The translations under genes were made by a program, and so were the position numbers. A DNA stretch of 64,000 nt from Chamaesiphon sp. GL140_3_metabinner_129_sub (GTDB taxonomy: Bacteria > Cyanobacteriota > Cyanobacteriia > Cyanobacteriales > Chamaesiphonaceae): the NCBI GenBank assembly GCA_025358725.1, contig JANYIT010000353.1, positions 3,635 to 67,634 on the forward strand, in the 5' to 3' direction. The notes under the pieces were generated by a model that worked only from the letters and a program-made list of their open reading frames with translations, did no database searches and was not told where the DNA came from. Below are positions 10,701 to 20,201 of the stretch, piece after piece. Positions within the stretch are counted from its first letter, which is position 1, and every line of letters starts with the position of its first letter.

Positions 10701-13700
10701 ATTCGTATATCAAAGACATCGATAAACAACGCGCCAATACTGCGGCTGAGATTGCCAAGAATCAGGCGGAGATGGCAAAGCTTAAGAGCAATTCAGCATC
10801 TTCCTTTGCTCCAGTAAGATCGAATGTCGATCCAGTTGAAAATGAAAAATACAGACAAGAAGTTGCTCAGAAACGGGCAAATATTGCCAAGGAAAAAGAG
10901 AGATCGAGAACTAGAAATCAGTCAATCAATCTTCAACCATCCCCACAAACACAGTCAGAATTAGCATTCGTAAGCAGTTCTGGATCGAGTATTGTTCCTT
11001 CAAAAAGTGCAGCAGGAAAGTTTGTGATTGATTCGGCCCAAATCATCGCAACAGGTGTTGTCAAAATTGGCGGTAATGCACTAACTGCTGCTTATGGAGC
11101 TGAAAAAGCATTGCTTGGGTCTGGTGGGGCAAAAATTGTCAACACACTCGCAGCATCAGCCGCGATGTCTCAAGTACCTGGAGGTGCTGAGGCAATTGGC
11201 ATGGTAGGGCACGGCATTAGCGGACTAGCTAATATGCCTTTAGCACACCTAGCTGGACAATCTTCCGAAGCAATTGGAGGATTTTTGACTCAATCACTAG
11301 GCAATGCTCCATTGCTCAAGTCAATGATTCCGCAGTTAACCGCTCAAATTACTGAGGCACTGGCAGGCGGTGCGGCGGGGATGTCTGGGACAATTGGATC
11401 GGTGTTAGCCCCATTTGTGACGGGATTTGCTGCTCTTAAATCTGCCAAAGCTGGTGTCAATTTAATTGCACCTGGAGCCTTAGATAATAAGCAATTAGCC
11501 GCAGGTGCCGAGAACTTTACCTTACGCGCATTGCGCGCTATTGGCAATGCTACTCGATCTACAAACAAACTTACCAGACGCTCTGCTTTACTACCTGAAG
11601 ATGATGTTATTGAGGGCGAATTAATTGAAACCTCAGTTTTACCTAAGCGCAAGTATCGAGCACTCGGCACTATTCCCCAACGGAAAGAGCCAAGACCACT
11701 GCTTCAAATTGGTGGGGTAGAACAAAAAAGATTGCCCCCTAGCCAATTCTCTACCAATGTTAAATCGATCGATGTTGATGATGCTAATGCAATTGGATCG
11801 GAAGTCCAAAGACTTAGTGCGGTGATTCGATCGAATCGCAAATCGATCGTCACTATGCTCAAATCCGGTAATCCTGAAGAAGTTGCTAAAGGTCTGCAAC
11901 AAGCTGAAGCCTTCGGTTATGGGCTAAAGGTAGTCATGGGCGATCTCGAAGCTACTCGCGCCAAAATTGCCCCAGCAAAAATTGCCAACCCTGGGGAGGT
12001 TGAAAAGCTAGAATCTAGCCGTCAATCGATCGATGGTTTTCTCGGTTCACCTGGAGCACAGACAACCCCAATTCAGGAGGCTGTATCGAAAGTATCTGGA
12101 GATAACAACTTAGTCCAGCAAGTCAATCCTTACCTGCCAGTACAAGCTAGAAATGGGATCTTCGATCGGATTAAATCGTCATTAAAGCCTACACCAAATA
12201 GTAATGAAGGTGGATTTATCAATCTGGGCGGAAGAATCCCCGCCTTAGATTTCTTGGATACTCCAGTCTCTCAAATCATCCCAAACATCAAAGCAGCAAG
12301 TGCTAAATTATTCGCAGGTTTTGGAAACAATACTCAAACTTCTCAATTTACTCCCAACCCAAATGCTCCGTCAGCTCCTGCGCTTAGAAACCCACTACTC
12401 TATGCACCCACATTTACACCCAACCCGATCGCACCACCACCACCCAGAACACCGAGCAATTTATTACTTACCCCACCAGCCGCAGAAATTGAAAAGTCTG
12501 AATCAGCCCTAACCAAATTAACCAATGTTGGGAAACTGGCATTAGGTGTCTTTGGAGGCTTCACATTGGCATCTCTAGCAGTCCCTGCGATGATTGCACT
12601 CGGTAAGTCTACAATCGACACCGCAGCCAATTTTGAGACGCTCCAGGTCAAATTAGCCGCAGCGTCTGACTCTGCTCAAACTGGTAGACAAACATTCTCG
12701 CGGCTGACTGGTGAAGCAGATAAGCTGGGGATCTCCAGATCGAGTGCGCTTGAAACAGGTGCTTATCTTGGTGGTACGACCTTTGGGACTGAACTAGAGG
12801 GCAAACCTACCGAGCGAATGACATCTCAGATCCTCCAAATTGCCCAGGCACGAGGACTAAATAAACAGCAAACTGATGGCTTAAATCTGGCTCTAGCTCA
12901 AACTTTGGGGCGGAGTCGTACCAGTATGCAAGAAATTAACCAGTTGACTCAATCGGCTGGTATTACTGATGCACGAGTAATCGCGGCGAAAGGGTTAGGC
13001 TATACGCCGCAACAATTCTCAGCGATTCAAGATTCGCCTACTGGGATTGACTCCAAACGTTTTGTTCAGGCATTCTTGGCTCAGGGTGTTCAGGATTCGC
13101 TCTCAGCTAAAGATTTGGCTCAAAGTAGTATTGGGTTTAAGCAAACTAAATTAGATGCTGGTGTCGAGCGGCTACAAGGCAATGTGGGCGGGGGGATTAG
13201 TCCTGCTTACAAAGCTGGGTTGGATTTACTCACTAGCTCGATCGACCTACTTAATTTTGCGATCGAGAACTCCTCCAGACTGTTGATTGGACTTGGCATT
13301 AGATTGCTGTATGTTGGCGGATCTGCGCTTTTGCCAATGATTAGTGGCATGAATTTAGCAACTGTGGCATCAAACATCTTTTCAGCTTCTACTCTACAAG
13401 TTGGGATTGCAGTAGCTAAAGTATCGGGTCAATTTGCGTTGATGGCAGTAGCTGGAGAAGTTATCACTCAAGTTGCCAATGAATTCAAAAACAGTAGTCA
13501 AGAAATTCAGGATGCAGCCGATAAAATCGGGACTTCGATCGATGAAATCAACGGCAAGAAACTAGACACCTTAGACAAGCCCAAAACTACCGAAGAAATT
13601 GGTGGCAAAGACTGGGGTGAATCGGCAAAACTCTGGCTGCAACGAGCTAACTCCAAAGTAGCCAGAGGGATTGCCAATGTCTTCAGCCCAATTACTGGGA

Positions 13701-16700
13701 AGAAAGATACTGACTATACAGACGAAAGCTTTGGTATTGATAGCAAGCAAAAAGAACAGTCAGATCGCACTGTTGTAGTTGATAACGTTCTGACTAAATC
13801 TTCACAATCGATCGCGACAGTTGATGCCGCAATTAAAAACGCTCAAAAGCTAACTCAAATCGATCTTGAAATCAATCGATTAGATAGCCAGCGTTCTGGT
13901 TTATTCGCTGGTGGTAATCCTGATGCTAGTCAGTTAGCTGATATTAACGCTAGATACAATACCAAGTATCAAGAACGCGATGCTTTAACTAGTGACATCA
14001 CGCCTAATAAAAACTCAATCCAGGAGACAATTAACGGACTTAAGGGTACAAAAGCAAAACTACAATTTGACTTCAGTAAAAATCAAATTGCTGTTCCCGA
14101 CTATGAGTCACAAATGGCTCTAGTTAATAATAAGCTCCAGGATGCCGAACAAGCCCAGCGAAAATTAAACGATGCTATCAAGTCTGGTTTTGATAATTTA
14201 CTACCCTGGACGACCAGTTTAGACAAGATTGTAGCGAGTTTTGACGATATCAAAACCAAAGCTGAAGAATCTGCTCAGAAACTATCGATCGGGCGGAATA
14301 ATCTCGAACGTGGTGGAAAACTAACTAAAGGTGAGGCTGAATATCAAGGATCGATCGATAAGCAGACCAACATTCAAACCCAGATTAAACAGAGCACCGC
14401 AACAATCAAAGAACTGCGAGCTGCTTTACTTACCAAAGATGAGAAGGCGATCGAGAATGTCCAGAAGAACTATGGGGTTGATGACTCCACCAGTGGAACA
14501 CAATTACGACTCAAAGCAGATAAAGCAACATCAGTAGTTGACAAAGAAATCCTCAGTAAACTTGCCATCATCAAAGATAAAGAGATTAACCTCACCGGAT
14601 TGCAATCTCAATTTAGTGATGCTCGGACTGAAATGTATCGCCGGATCGAACAGGAAAATCGCGATGCCATGCTTTACTATGTGGGACTGGCAAAGCAGAT
14701 CGATCCACAAGGGATGGCATTCACGAAAGCGATCGCTCAAGTCACTCAAGAGAAAAATAAACTCCTGAGCAAATTGAATGGCTACGGGAATGGGATGTTT
14801 GACTCATTCATCGGTTCTGTACTGGAATTATTTGATTCGAGTAAGCGGAAACTAGATGCGATGGCTCAATATGCCACAGCCAAAAAATCAGCACTTGATG
14901 ATTACCGCGACAGGTCTAACCAAGCAGATACCACCGCTCGAAATGCCTTCAATGCACCAGGACAACAAAGCGCAGCCCCTAGTAATTATCCATCGGGACA
15001 AAATGAGAATCCAGCACCAGTAGAATCGAATTCTTCAGCACCACCAGCGCAACCAGTTATTCAACCTCGCACGGTGCGACCTACCTCACCATCCCAACAG
15101 GCTAGATCCCATCAAAACGTCAAGCCACAAATCGACGCGGCTCTTAGACAGTTGACACCTCAGCAACGACACAACTATCTCAACACAACTATGTCAGTCG
15201 ATGGTAAGACCGATCTGGGGTTGGATGATTTCGATCGCCGAGTCCTGGGCATGGGTGGGGGGATTCCTGGTGTTAAAGTCAAGAGAATTGGAATTAGTCC
15301 TTACAATCCCAAAAATAGTTCGAGTGACCGCGCCGTTGTTAATGCCATCAATAACGGTACATACACACCTACAACCCAATCGACAATTCCACAGCCTACT
15401 GCTAGCCCTCAAGGAACGGCGAAACTTGGCAAGGTCAAACCGACTAATTTGGGGAATTGGAATGGTAAAAGCGATGCGGCTAGCCAGCAAATTCTTCAGC
15501 AAACGATCGACAAAGCAGAAACAGGTCTAGCAACTGCCTTCAGTGACGATGCTTACCAGTCCCTGATTAGTCAGCAGAAGGCACGGCGGGAAACTAAGGT
15601 CGCCGAACAACAAAATCGATCGGCAATTCGCAAGCAACAACAGTCGCTACGGGGATTGAAACCCGCCCGAACCATTCAGGAGAAGCAAGAGTATGAATCG
15701 ACAGATTTTGAGAGCAATGCGATCGATACCAAAGAATCTGCTAGCAACTACCTGACTAATTTAAGTGATGCCGTGGGCGATATTCGAGAGATTATCCCGA
15801 TTCTTCAATCTCGTCAAGGTGCAAAAGGTTTATCTACTCAAGAGAAAACTCTGCCAGTCGCCCAGCAAAAATCTCTGATTGAGGAACGTCGAAAAAAACT
15901 CATTGAAGCTCAAAAGCTGGAGAAAAGCTTGAGTTCTACTCTCAAGACTGTAAATACTAACTTTGCTCAGATCGATGACAAGGTTAAAGCTGCTCGCGAT
16001 CGAATTATCGAACAGCAAGGATACGATCGAGATGTAGCAGTCGAACAAACTGGCATCAAAGATCGGGAAACCAAGCGGAGTGCCATCGAAGCTCAACGGA
16101 CTGGAGTCCAGCAAACCCTCAGATCGCAACCGTTTAACAGTTCCCTCAATGCCAGCGATCGACAACTTGAAGAAGACTCACAACTAATTGCCATTCAAAA
16201 CGAGGAAATCCAAGCCTTACGCGCTCTAATCGAACAAGAGCGCAATGGTAGTTTGGCTATTAATCGATCGCCCGCACAAGTCAAAGCTTATGTTACCGCT
16301 CAACAAACTCAAATCAAGGCTAGCAGTGATCGCAAGCGCAAAAACCTTGGCGATAATCGCGCTCAGAAGAGTAAAGATTTTGATTTCAATGTTGATACAG
16401 AGAATCGGGCTTTTGATGCAGGAAAACTCCAACAAGAGGCGACGGGCTTTGATATTGGCAGTCGGAACCAAACAGCACTCGATCGAACTGATGCACCATT
16501 CGCCAACAATAATTCAATCGATCGAGTCTATACTCGCAAGATTAAAGAATTAGATTTGGAGCAAGCCACGGCAGATCGAACCCTAATCGAGAAGCAGAAA
16601 AAATATAAAGGTAACGATGACTTACTCAGTAGAGCGAGTCAGGAGTTTACCGAAGCCAAGCGGCAGATCGAATTAAAACGATCGACTGCCAAACTAGAAA

Positions 16701-17743
16701 ATAGTGCGGATACCGCCGATCGAGAGCGCAGCCGTCGGGGGGTTCTATATGGCAATCAGGTAGCTAACTTTGACTCTAACTTTGCGGTCGTGAATGCCCA
16801 AACTCAACAGCGGAAACTGATGGGTCAAGATACCAGAGAGCAAGATTATCAAGCTCAAAAACTGACTAAACAGAAGGAGTTTTCACAGAAAGAATTCGAT
16901 CTGACTCAACAGCGATCGCAAATTACCGCACTCACCCCCGAAGCGGATGCAGCTAGAGCACAAATCGATGGATTACTAACCAACCTCAAAGCTTTGGAGT
17001 CGATCGAACTGAGTAATTTATCTGCTCAGTTCAATCAGCTCAATCAGGTGGTCGGGGAAACTCAGAAGGCTACGTCTGACGTGTTCAAAAGTTATCTCGC
17101 TGGTGGTGCTTTCGACTTCAAGAAATTGCTAAGTTCACCATTTCTGGCCTTTGGCAATCAGATGGTAGATAAGCTAGTCCCAGATTTATTCTCTGGACTT
17201 TACCAGAAATCACCACAAGGTGCTGGCTCTCAACCTCAACAAGGTGGTGGTGGTAATATCCTTGGTAGTTTGCTGAATGGATTAGTTGGCGGTTTGTTGG
17301 GTGGTGGGTTTGCAACAGGTGGTATTAAAGGCGGGATTGCCCCAATTAGTAACGGGATTATCGGCAGCGGCCGAAGTCAGGTGGATAACAGATTGACACT
17401 AGTGGAAGATGGCGAAGCAATAATCAGTCACCGTGGTATAGATGCTCTAGGTGGCCCAAGCGCGATCGCTAAGATCAACCTGGGCAATGTACCAAGATTT
17501 GCATCCGGTGGCATTAAGAACCCTAGTTACAGCAGTCCTAGACCCAATACTAATGTTCCTAATCTAACTAATAACGCTACTAGCTTGAGTAATGTTAATG
17601 CTAATGTAACTATTAACAATTCTGATGGTAAAAGCTCAGTTTCGACAAAAGAAGATGGCTCAAAAATGGGGCAATTAATTAATAATGCGATTGTCGCAGC
17701 TCTGGTAAAAGAAAAACGCCCAGGCGGCATACTCTATGCTTAA
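7769..17743 (+). CDS. tape measure protein (~3,324 aa) with embedded alpha/beta-hydrolase-like domain
   Basis: Starts MADLGALNLILGAD; tape-measure motif near 12620-13100; C-terminal FATGG...GEAII...EKRPGGILY; follows the G/GT chaperone. Confidence 0.9.
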   Translation: MADLGALNLILGADLSPLEASLGRADELINRSAIQMQKSFGKPFKFKVEVGDLAVQLTQAEGVVDRSIRQVRSLVRQPIKFNLETGELNVQLTEAEALINRSIQDIKAMDRSIAFNLSVRGLDDVEGLVARSIQQMSALSNSVLTVQVDDKRLTELNQHLDAKQAHYARVQQQFATPLKLLVDDSQLTVLNQHLTGMEQHLSSVAGKFAATKLTPTIDLTNLNLLDRRLNGSIDNLNRTQSAFSRPIVTNVDTRQLLQLEDLLDRVERPHKLRLDLPDTIGGLTSAIGKLALSPVTIPLKIAQNSLEGIFRGMTEGLGRELSRNFSKGFSTSIEQFITKKTGMSTTEMGAQSGKYVATRSKIGAEYISQELGYKDGLRGVGSDLKAAGTSVDSVLKNPRRAVRKIENKLVEALEYYQEGETDKAMNVVTESFAPMGKLARRAAGVGIRAAAQPIRIRNRAMLKGKEAEAQELAKNMQIEGYDREAADKADAIHIVTGGLDFNNGENAHFAGGLLKQQYPKAHTITHVNKAMNQPVKRGEGVVGGMMGMMEQLQKMGGKEGKIGDMPIQKLAEMAIDLGYNPDGLEMYAKAVKIRQAHPDKPINFMGTSGGVDAVNYATALAERAGMKNVKGVGLGLPMTNLTELASKRNFQSIVGTLDDLDIGYHNTDFLGAKRKSDPASMAEIKKLKDEKFPFDMSGMFSVGKTQRHILDGGKGHAIGNSYLGNDNVMGAVNDFITRPNSPRPEIRSDIKDAASLNNFYADKFNAKRKEIPLTIAALYKDPKALARIEADPNGKTGDYTYFSPANKNHDGDWLRINEFDGLIKDVRGQDIEGRSEKANSESKKKGLDKFIESRRKKAAKQGTTSVVAEHAAGWLDYLDLMKGGMEEYGKTGAMPYDTLQKGAEYYPELRPLARREQHKQEVMKNPALTPYGMENERKYIDQIYASGDIKKINEYRSNQKLVPIDNNYGYKDALATPDSYIKDIDKQRANTAAEIAKNQAEMAKLKSNSASSFAPVRSNVDPVENEKYRQEVAQKRANIAKEKERSRTRNQSINLQPSPQTQSELAFVSSSGSSIVPSKSAAGKFVIDSAQIIATGVVKIGGNALTAAYGAEKALLGSGGAKIVNTLAASAAMSQVPGGAEAIGMVGHGISGLANMPLAHLAGQSSEAIGGFLTQSLGNAPLLKSMIPQLTAQITEALAGGAAGMSGTIGSVLAPFVTGFAALKSAKAGVNLIAPGALDNKQLAAGAENFTLRALRAIGNATRSTNKLTRRSALLPEDDVIEGELIETSVLPKRKYRALGTIPQRKEPRPLLQIGGVEQKRLPPSQFSTNVKSIDVDDANAIGSEVQRLSAVIRSNRKSIVTMLKSGNPEEVAKGLQQAEAFGYGLKVVMGDLEATRAKIAPAKIANPGEVEKLESSRQSIDGFLGSPGAQTTPIQEAVSKVSGDNNLVQQVNPYLPVQARNGIFDRIKSSLKPTPNSNEGGFINLGGRIPALDFLDTPVSQIIPNIKAASAKLFAGFGNNTQTSQFTPNPNAPSAPALRNPLLYAPTFTPNPIAPPPPRTPSNLLLTPPAAEIEKSESALTKLTNVGKLALGVFGGFTLASLAVPAMIALGKSTIDTAANFETLQVKLAAASDSAQTGRQTFSRLTGEADKLGISRSSALETGAYLGGTTFGTELEGKPTERMTSQILQIAQARGLNKQQTDGLNLALAQTLGRSRTSMQEINQLTQSAGITDARVIAAKGLGYTPQQFSAIQDSPTGIDSKRFVQAFLAQGVQDSLSAKDLAQSSIGFKQTKLDAGVERLQGNVGGGISPAYKAGLDLLTSSIDLLNFAIENSSRLLIGLGIRLLYVGGSALLPMISGMNLATVASNIFSASTLQVGIAVAKVSGQFALMAVAGEVITQVANEFKNSSQEIQDAADKIGTSIDEINGKKLDTLDKPKTTEEIGGKDWGESAKLWLQRANSKVARGIANVFSPITGKKDTDYTDESFGIDSKQKEQSDRTVVVDNVLTKSSQSIATVDAAIKNAQKLTQIDLEINRLDSQRSGLFAGGNPDASQLADINARYNTKYQERDALTSDITPNKNSIQETINGLKGTKAKLQFDFSKNQIAVPDYESQMALVNNKLQDAEQAQRKLNDAIKSGFDNLLPWTTSLDKIVASFDDIKTKAEESAQKLSIGRNNLERGGKLTKGEAEYQGSIDKQTNIQTQIKQSTATIKELRAALLTKDEKAIENVQKNYGVDDSTSGTQLRLKADKATSVVDKEILSKLAIIKDKEINLTGLQSQFSDARTEMYRRIEQENRDAMLYYVGLAKQIDPQGMAFTKAIAQVTQEKNKLLSKLNGYGNGMFDSFIGSVLELFDSSKRKLDAMAQYATAKKSALDDYRDRSNQADTTARNAFNAPGQQSAAPSNYPSGQNENPAPVESNSSAPPAQPVIQPRTVRPTSPSQQARSHQNVKPQIDAALRQLTPQQRHNYLNTTMSVDGKTDLGLDDFDRRVLGMGGGIPGVKVKRIGISPYNPKNSSSDRAVVNAINNGTYTPTTQSTIPQPTASPQGTAKLGKVKPTNLGNWNGKSDAASQQILQQTIDKAETGLATAFSDDAYQSLISQQKARRETKVAEQQNRSAIRKQQQSLRGLKPARTIQEKQEYESTDFESNAIDTKESASNYLTNLSDAVGDIREIIPILQSRQGAKGLSTQEKTLPVAQQKSLIEERRKKLIEAQKLEKSLSSTLKTVNTNFAQIDDKVKAARDRIIEQQGYDRDVAVEQTGIKDRETKRSAIEAQRTGVQQTLRSQPFNSSLNASDRQLEEDSQLIAIQNEEIQALRALIEQERNGSLAINRSPAQVKAYVTAQQTQIKASSDRKRKNLGDNRAQKSKDFDFNVDTENRAFDAGKLQQEATGFDIGSRNQTALDRTDAPFANNNSIDRVYTRKIKELDLEQATADRTLIEKQKKYKGNDDLLSRASQEFTEAKRQIELKRSTAKLENSADTADRERSRRGVLYGNQVANFDSNFAVVNAQTQQRKLMGQDTREQDYQAQKLTKQKEFSQKEFDLTQQRSQITALTPEADAARAQIDGLLTNLKALESIELSNLSAQFNQLNQVVGETQKATSDVFKSYLAGGAFDFKKLLSSPFLAFGNQMVDKLVPDLFSGLYQKSPQGAGSQPQQGGGGNILGSLLNGLVGGLLGGGFATGGIKGGIAPISNGIIGSGRSQVDNRLTLVEDGEAIISHRGIDALGGPSAIAKINLGNVPRFASGGIKNPSYSSPRPNTNVPNLTNNATSLSNVNANVTINNSDGKSSVSTKEDGSKMGQLINNAIVAALVKEKRPGGILYA

Positions 17744-17896
17744 TTGAGGCTTTCATGCTATAATTAAACTAACAAAGATCGATGCCTCGACTATTTCTTA
17801 ATGGTCGAAATTTTTATGACTTTAAGTAATTAGAATAGCACTCTAGATTGATTGAGGTTTGATCGAATAAAATCAAAACTCAATCTATTAAAGAAT

Positions 17897-18223
17897 ATGC
17901 CACCACAAATCAAACTGGAAATTAACACAGGCAACGGAAATACAGCACCAGCAGCAAACGTTGGTACGATCGATCCTCGGTATCAGCCACTACTCGATAT
18001 TGCTTTTGGCGGACAAGCGATCGTTGATTTCCACGGGTATCAAGCGGACAAGTTTTCAGGACAACTTGATAATGCTGTTGATTCGCTCAGAAACCAGCGA
18101 TCGGCTTATCAGGGATTGCCTCAGGCTCAAATCGATCTCAGACCTCAGGTACTGGATTTTGTGCGGCTGTGGCGCGATGCTTGCCGTGCTCATCCGTTAA
18201 CGACAATCTATATTGTTCCTTAG
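17897..18223 (+). CDS. hypothetical protein
   Basis: ORF with TGCTATAAT extended -10 at 17756-17764. Confidence 0.5.
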   Translation: MPPQIKLEINTGNGNTAPAANVGTIDPRYQPLLDIAFGGQAIVDFHGYQADKFSGQLDNAVDSLRNQRSAYQGLPQAQIDLRPQVLDFVRLWRDACRAHPLTTIYIVP

Positions 18224-18317
18224 ACAAAACGCAAAATCGAGAATTTGCGTTTTGCATTTTAGTCGATCGCTGTAGTTCGCACTGTGCGAGGCTACGGGGT
18301 AATTACAATGCTGCGTA

Positions 18318-18357
18318 CAAAAAGCCGCACTGGAAATTTCTAGAGCGGCTTTTGTTT
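18318..18357. terminator. bidirectional intrinsic terminator
   Basis: AAAAGCCGC...GCGGCTTTT between convergent genes. Confidence 0.7.
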
Positions 18358-18364
18358 GGGTAAA

Positions 18365-19117
18365 TTAATTGCTAGCGGCTGCTAATTTTAACGATCGCTG
18401 GCGAGATGCTAGATCGGGATATTCGATCGCCTTCCCAGCCAACAAAAGCTGAGGATTGTCGAGTTGATGCTGGAAATCTTTAGCCGCTTGTGCCCGATCC
18501 TTGCTCAACAACTTCAAGCACCGTTCGCGACCTTCTGCATTGCTACGAGGATCGCGAATACTGTCGAAAGCAATGACATACTCAAATACAAAATCTGACA
18601 TTGATTTAAGTCGATCGTCCAATGTTGCAGCTTCGTACGGCGGGCAAATTCCAATTTGCGGCGAATACGGATCGTAGAAATATGCGTAGGCTTCTTTGCG
18701 GGTGGGAAACTGTCGCCAAAATTCCCAAGAATTCAGCAAGTACATTGTTCGATCGTTCAAGTTGAGAATATCTATCCGCTCTTGCTGCAATCCAATCGAT
18801 ACCGTTCCTGTGCGTAGCAACTCATCAACCCAACAATCTACTTGGATTGCAAAATTAACGTTGCACCATTGAGCAAATCGCAAAGCAACTTTCGGATGTG
18901 CCCAAGACTCTATACCATTTGCAACATCAAGTAGCACAGCTATGGGAATTCCCATAGCTACAGAAAACGCTTGAAGGTACTCGTTCGTAGATTTTAGCCG
19001 CAACCAATCGGCAGTCAACTTGTTACTGGCTGTTGCCATGTCGCTGATGCAAGCATACCCATCCTCACGGAAGCGAATTTGCTTGTTATTCCAACTTTTA
19101 ATGATACTATTATCCAT
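18365..19117 (-). CDS. KilA-N domain protein
   Basis: IRFREDGY...K...DWLRLKST.EY...W.HPKVAL.FAQW; ATG 19117 follows the leader. Confidence 0.9.
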   Translation of the reverse strand: MDNSIIKSWNNKQIRFREDGYACISDMATASNKLTADWLRLKSTNEYLQAFSVAMGIPIAVLLDVANGIESWAHPKVALRFAQWCNVNFAIQVDCWVDELLRTGTVSIGLQQERIDILNLNDRTMYLLNSWEFWRQFPTRKEAYAYFYDPYSPQIGICPPYEAATLDDRLKSMSDFVFEYVIAFDSIRDPRSNAEGRERCLKLLSKDRAQAAKDFQHQLDNPQLLLAGKAIEYPDLASRQRSLKLAAASN

Positions 19118-19139
19118 GCTGACCTTGCTAGAGATTAGT

Positions 19140-19208
19140 CCCAGTGGAGCTTTCGGTGTTTCAACCACCTAACTCGCGACTGGGTTTTTATATCTCTACA
19201 TTATATCA
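19140..19208 (-). promoter_or_regulatory. extended -10 (TGATATAAT) plus structured leader, copy 2
   Basis: Minus strand CCCAGT-CGC-GAGTT-A-GGTG-GTTGAAA-CACC-GAA-AGCTC-C-ACTGGG. Confidence 0.7.
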
Positions 19209-19252
19209 CGATCGAACTTACCAGCCTCATCATTTTAGCCGATCGATCCCAC

Positions 19253-19281
19253 TTGACACACATTAACTCATTGCATAGAAT
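19253..19281 (+). promoter_or_regulatory. sigma70-type promoter
   Basis: TTGACA-17 bp-TAGAAT. Confidence 0.75.
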
Positions 19282-19307
19282 AGTAGATATAAAGCAAGCA
19301 ACGAATC

Positions 19308-19517
19308 ATGAACTGTATTTACTGTCAATCAACCACTCGCAGAAACGGATTAACAACCAGCGGCACCCAACGGTATCGCTGCGATATCTGCCATAAGTCA
19401 TTCACTGGTACAGGTCTAGGCAGACCATTGATAGGCGATCGACCATTGACATCGATCGAGCAGAACCAACGTCACAAGGCTAAAATGAAGGCTAAATTAG
19501 ATGTTGACACACATTAA
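19308..19517 (+). CDS. small zinc-ribbon protein (InsA N-terminal-like)
   Basis: CxxC...RNG...GTQRYRCxxC, then GRP...LT..E...RHK. Confidence 0.65.
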   Translation: MNCIYCQSTTRRNGLTTSGTQRYRCDICHKSFTGTGLGRPLIGDRPLTSIEQNQRHKAKMKAKLDVDTH

Positions 19518-19532
19518 ATCATCGAATATAAT
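19504..19532 (+). promoter_or_regulatory. consensus sigma70-type promoter (duplicate of 19253)
   Basis: TTGACA-17 bp-TATAAT; first 14 bp identical to the 19253 copy. Confidence 0.8.
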
Positions 19533-19558
19533 AGAAGTATCTCAAACAAATTATCATT

Positions 19559-19756
19559 GTGAATAACATGAGCAAGTCAACCGATACTGAAATCAAAGAT
19601 CTTATTAAAGATGTCAATCACAAGCTAGATTTTCTCACTCAAGAAGTCGCAACTATCAACACCAAAATTGATAAGTTAGACAATCGGCTTTGGGGCTTAG
19701 GGGCATTAATTCTAGCAGCTTGTTTAGGAGCCTTCCTGAAAGCACTCAACATCTAG
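19559..19756 (+). CDS. small coiled-coil protein with C-terminal TM helix (XhlA-like architecture)
   Basis: Heptad pattern then LWGLGALILAACLGAFL. Confidence 0.5.
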   Translation: MNNMSKSTDTEIKDLIKDVNHKLDFLTQEVATINTKIDKLDNRLWGLGALILAACLGAFLKALNI

Positions 19757-19853
19757 TCCCCTAAATACAATGAGAGTGACCCGCCTCGACAGCTTAGTCA
19801 CTCTCATTGGTCAACAGAATCTCAAACAAAACCATCAACCCCGAAATTTTACC

Positions 19854-20132
19854 ATGCTGCTACTCCAAAACATCGAAGGCGACTCCTACAATCCAATTTT
19901 AGACAACTATCTAATTGTTAATGTTGTTAGCTATGCTGACACCGCTTTTGAAGAGCTAGAAAGCCTTCTGAAGCTAGTTGAAAGCTCTCATGAGGATCTG
20001 GTCATGGTTGAGTGTGACGCTCAGGGGTTGCAAATCTTCAACTTCATGCAAGATATTTTTAAGCTGGTAGTCTGCAAGGTGGTTCACAAGGCTAGCCGCT
20101 ATTATCTGACTGTTCAAAAATGTGTGATTTAA
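19854..20132 (+). CDS. hypothetical protein
   Basis: ORF after a 13-bp perfect inverted repeat at 19768-19809. Confidence 0.4.
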   Translation: MLLLQNIEGDSYNPILDNYLIVNVVSYADTAFEELESLLKLVESSHEDLVMVECDAQGLQIFNFMQDIFKLVVCKVVHKASRYYLTVQKCVI

Positions 20133-20149
20133 TTCGCACGGTGCGAATT

Positions 20150-20188
20150 ACAAAAGACAGCTCTAGATGTTCTAGAGCTGTCTTTTGT
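20150..20188. terminator. bidirectional intrinsic terminator
   Basis: ACAAAAGACAGCTCTAGA-TGT-TCTAGAGCTGTCTTTTGT. Confidence 0.8.
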
Positions 20189-20201
20189 TTGGGAGTTAGA
20201 A

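Noticed and set aside
8038-17730. Many alternative-frame ORFs within the tape measure and other long genes
   Set aside because: Shadow ORFs with no motifs or RBS.
19308-19517. IS1 element
   Set aside because: Only a zinc ribbon; no InsB or terminal repeats seen.
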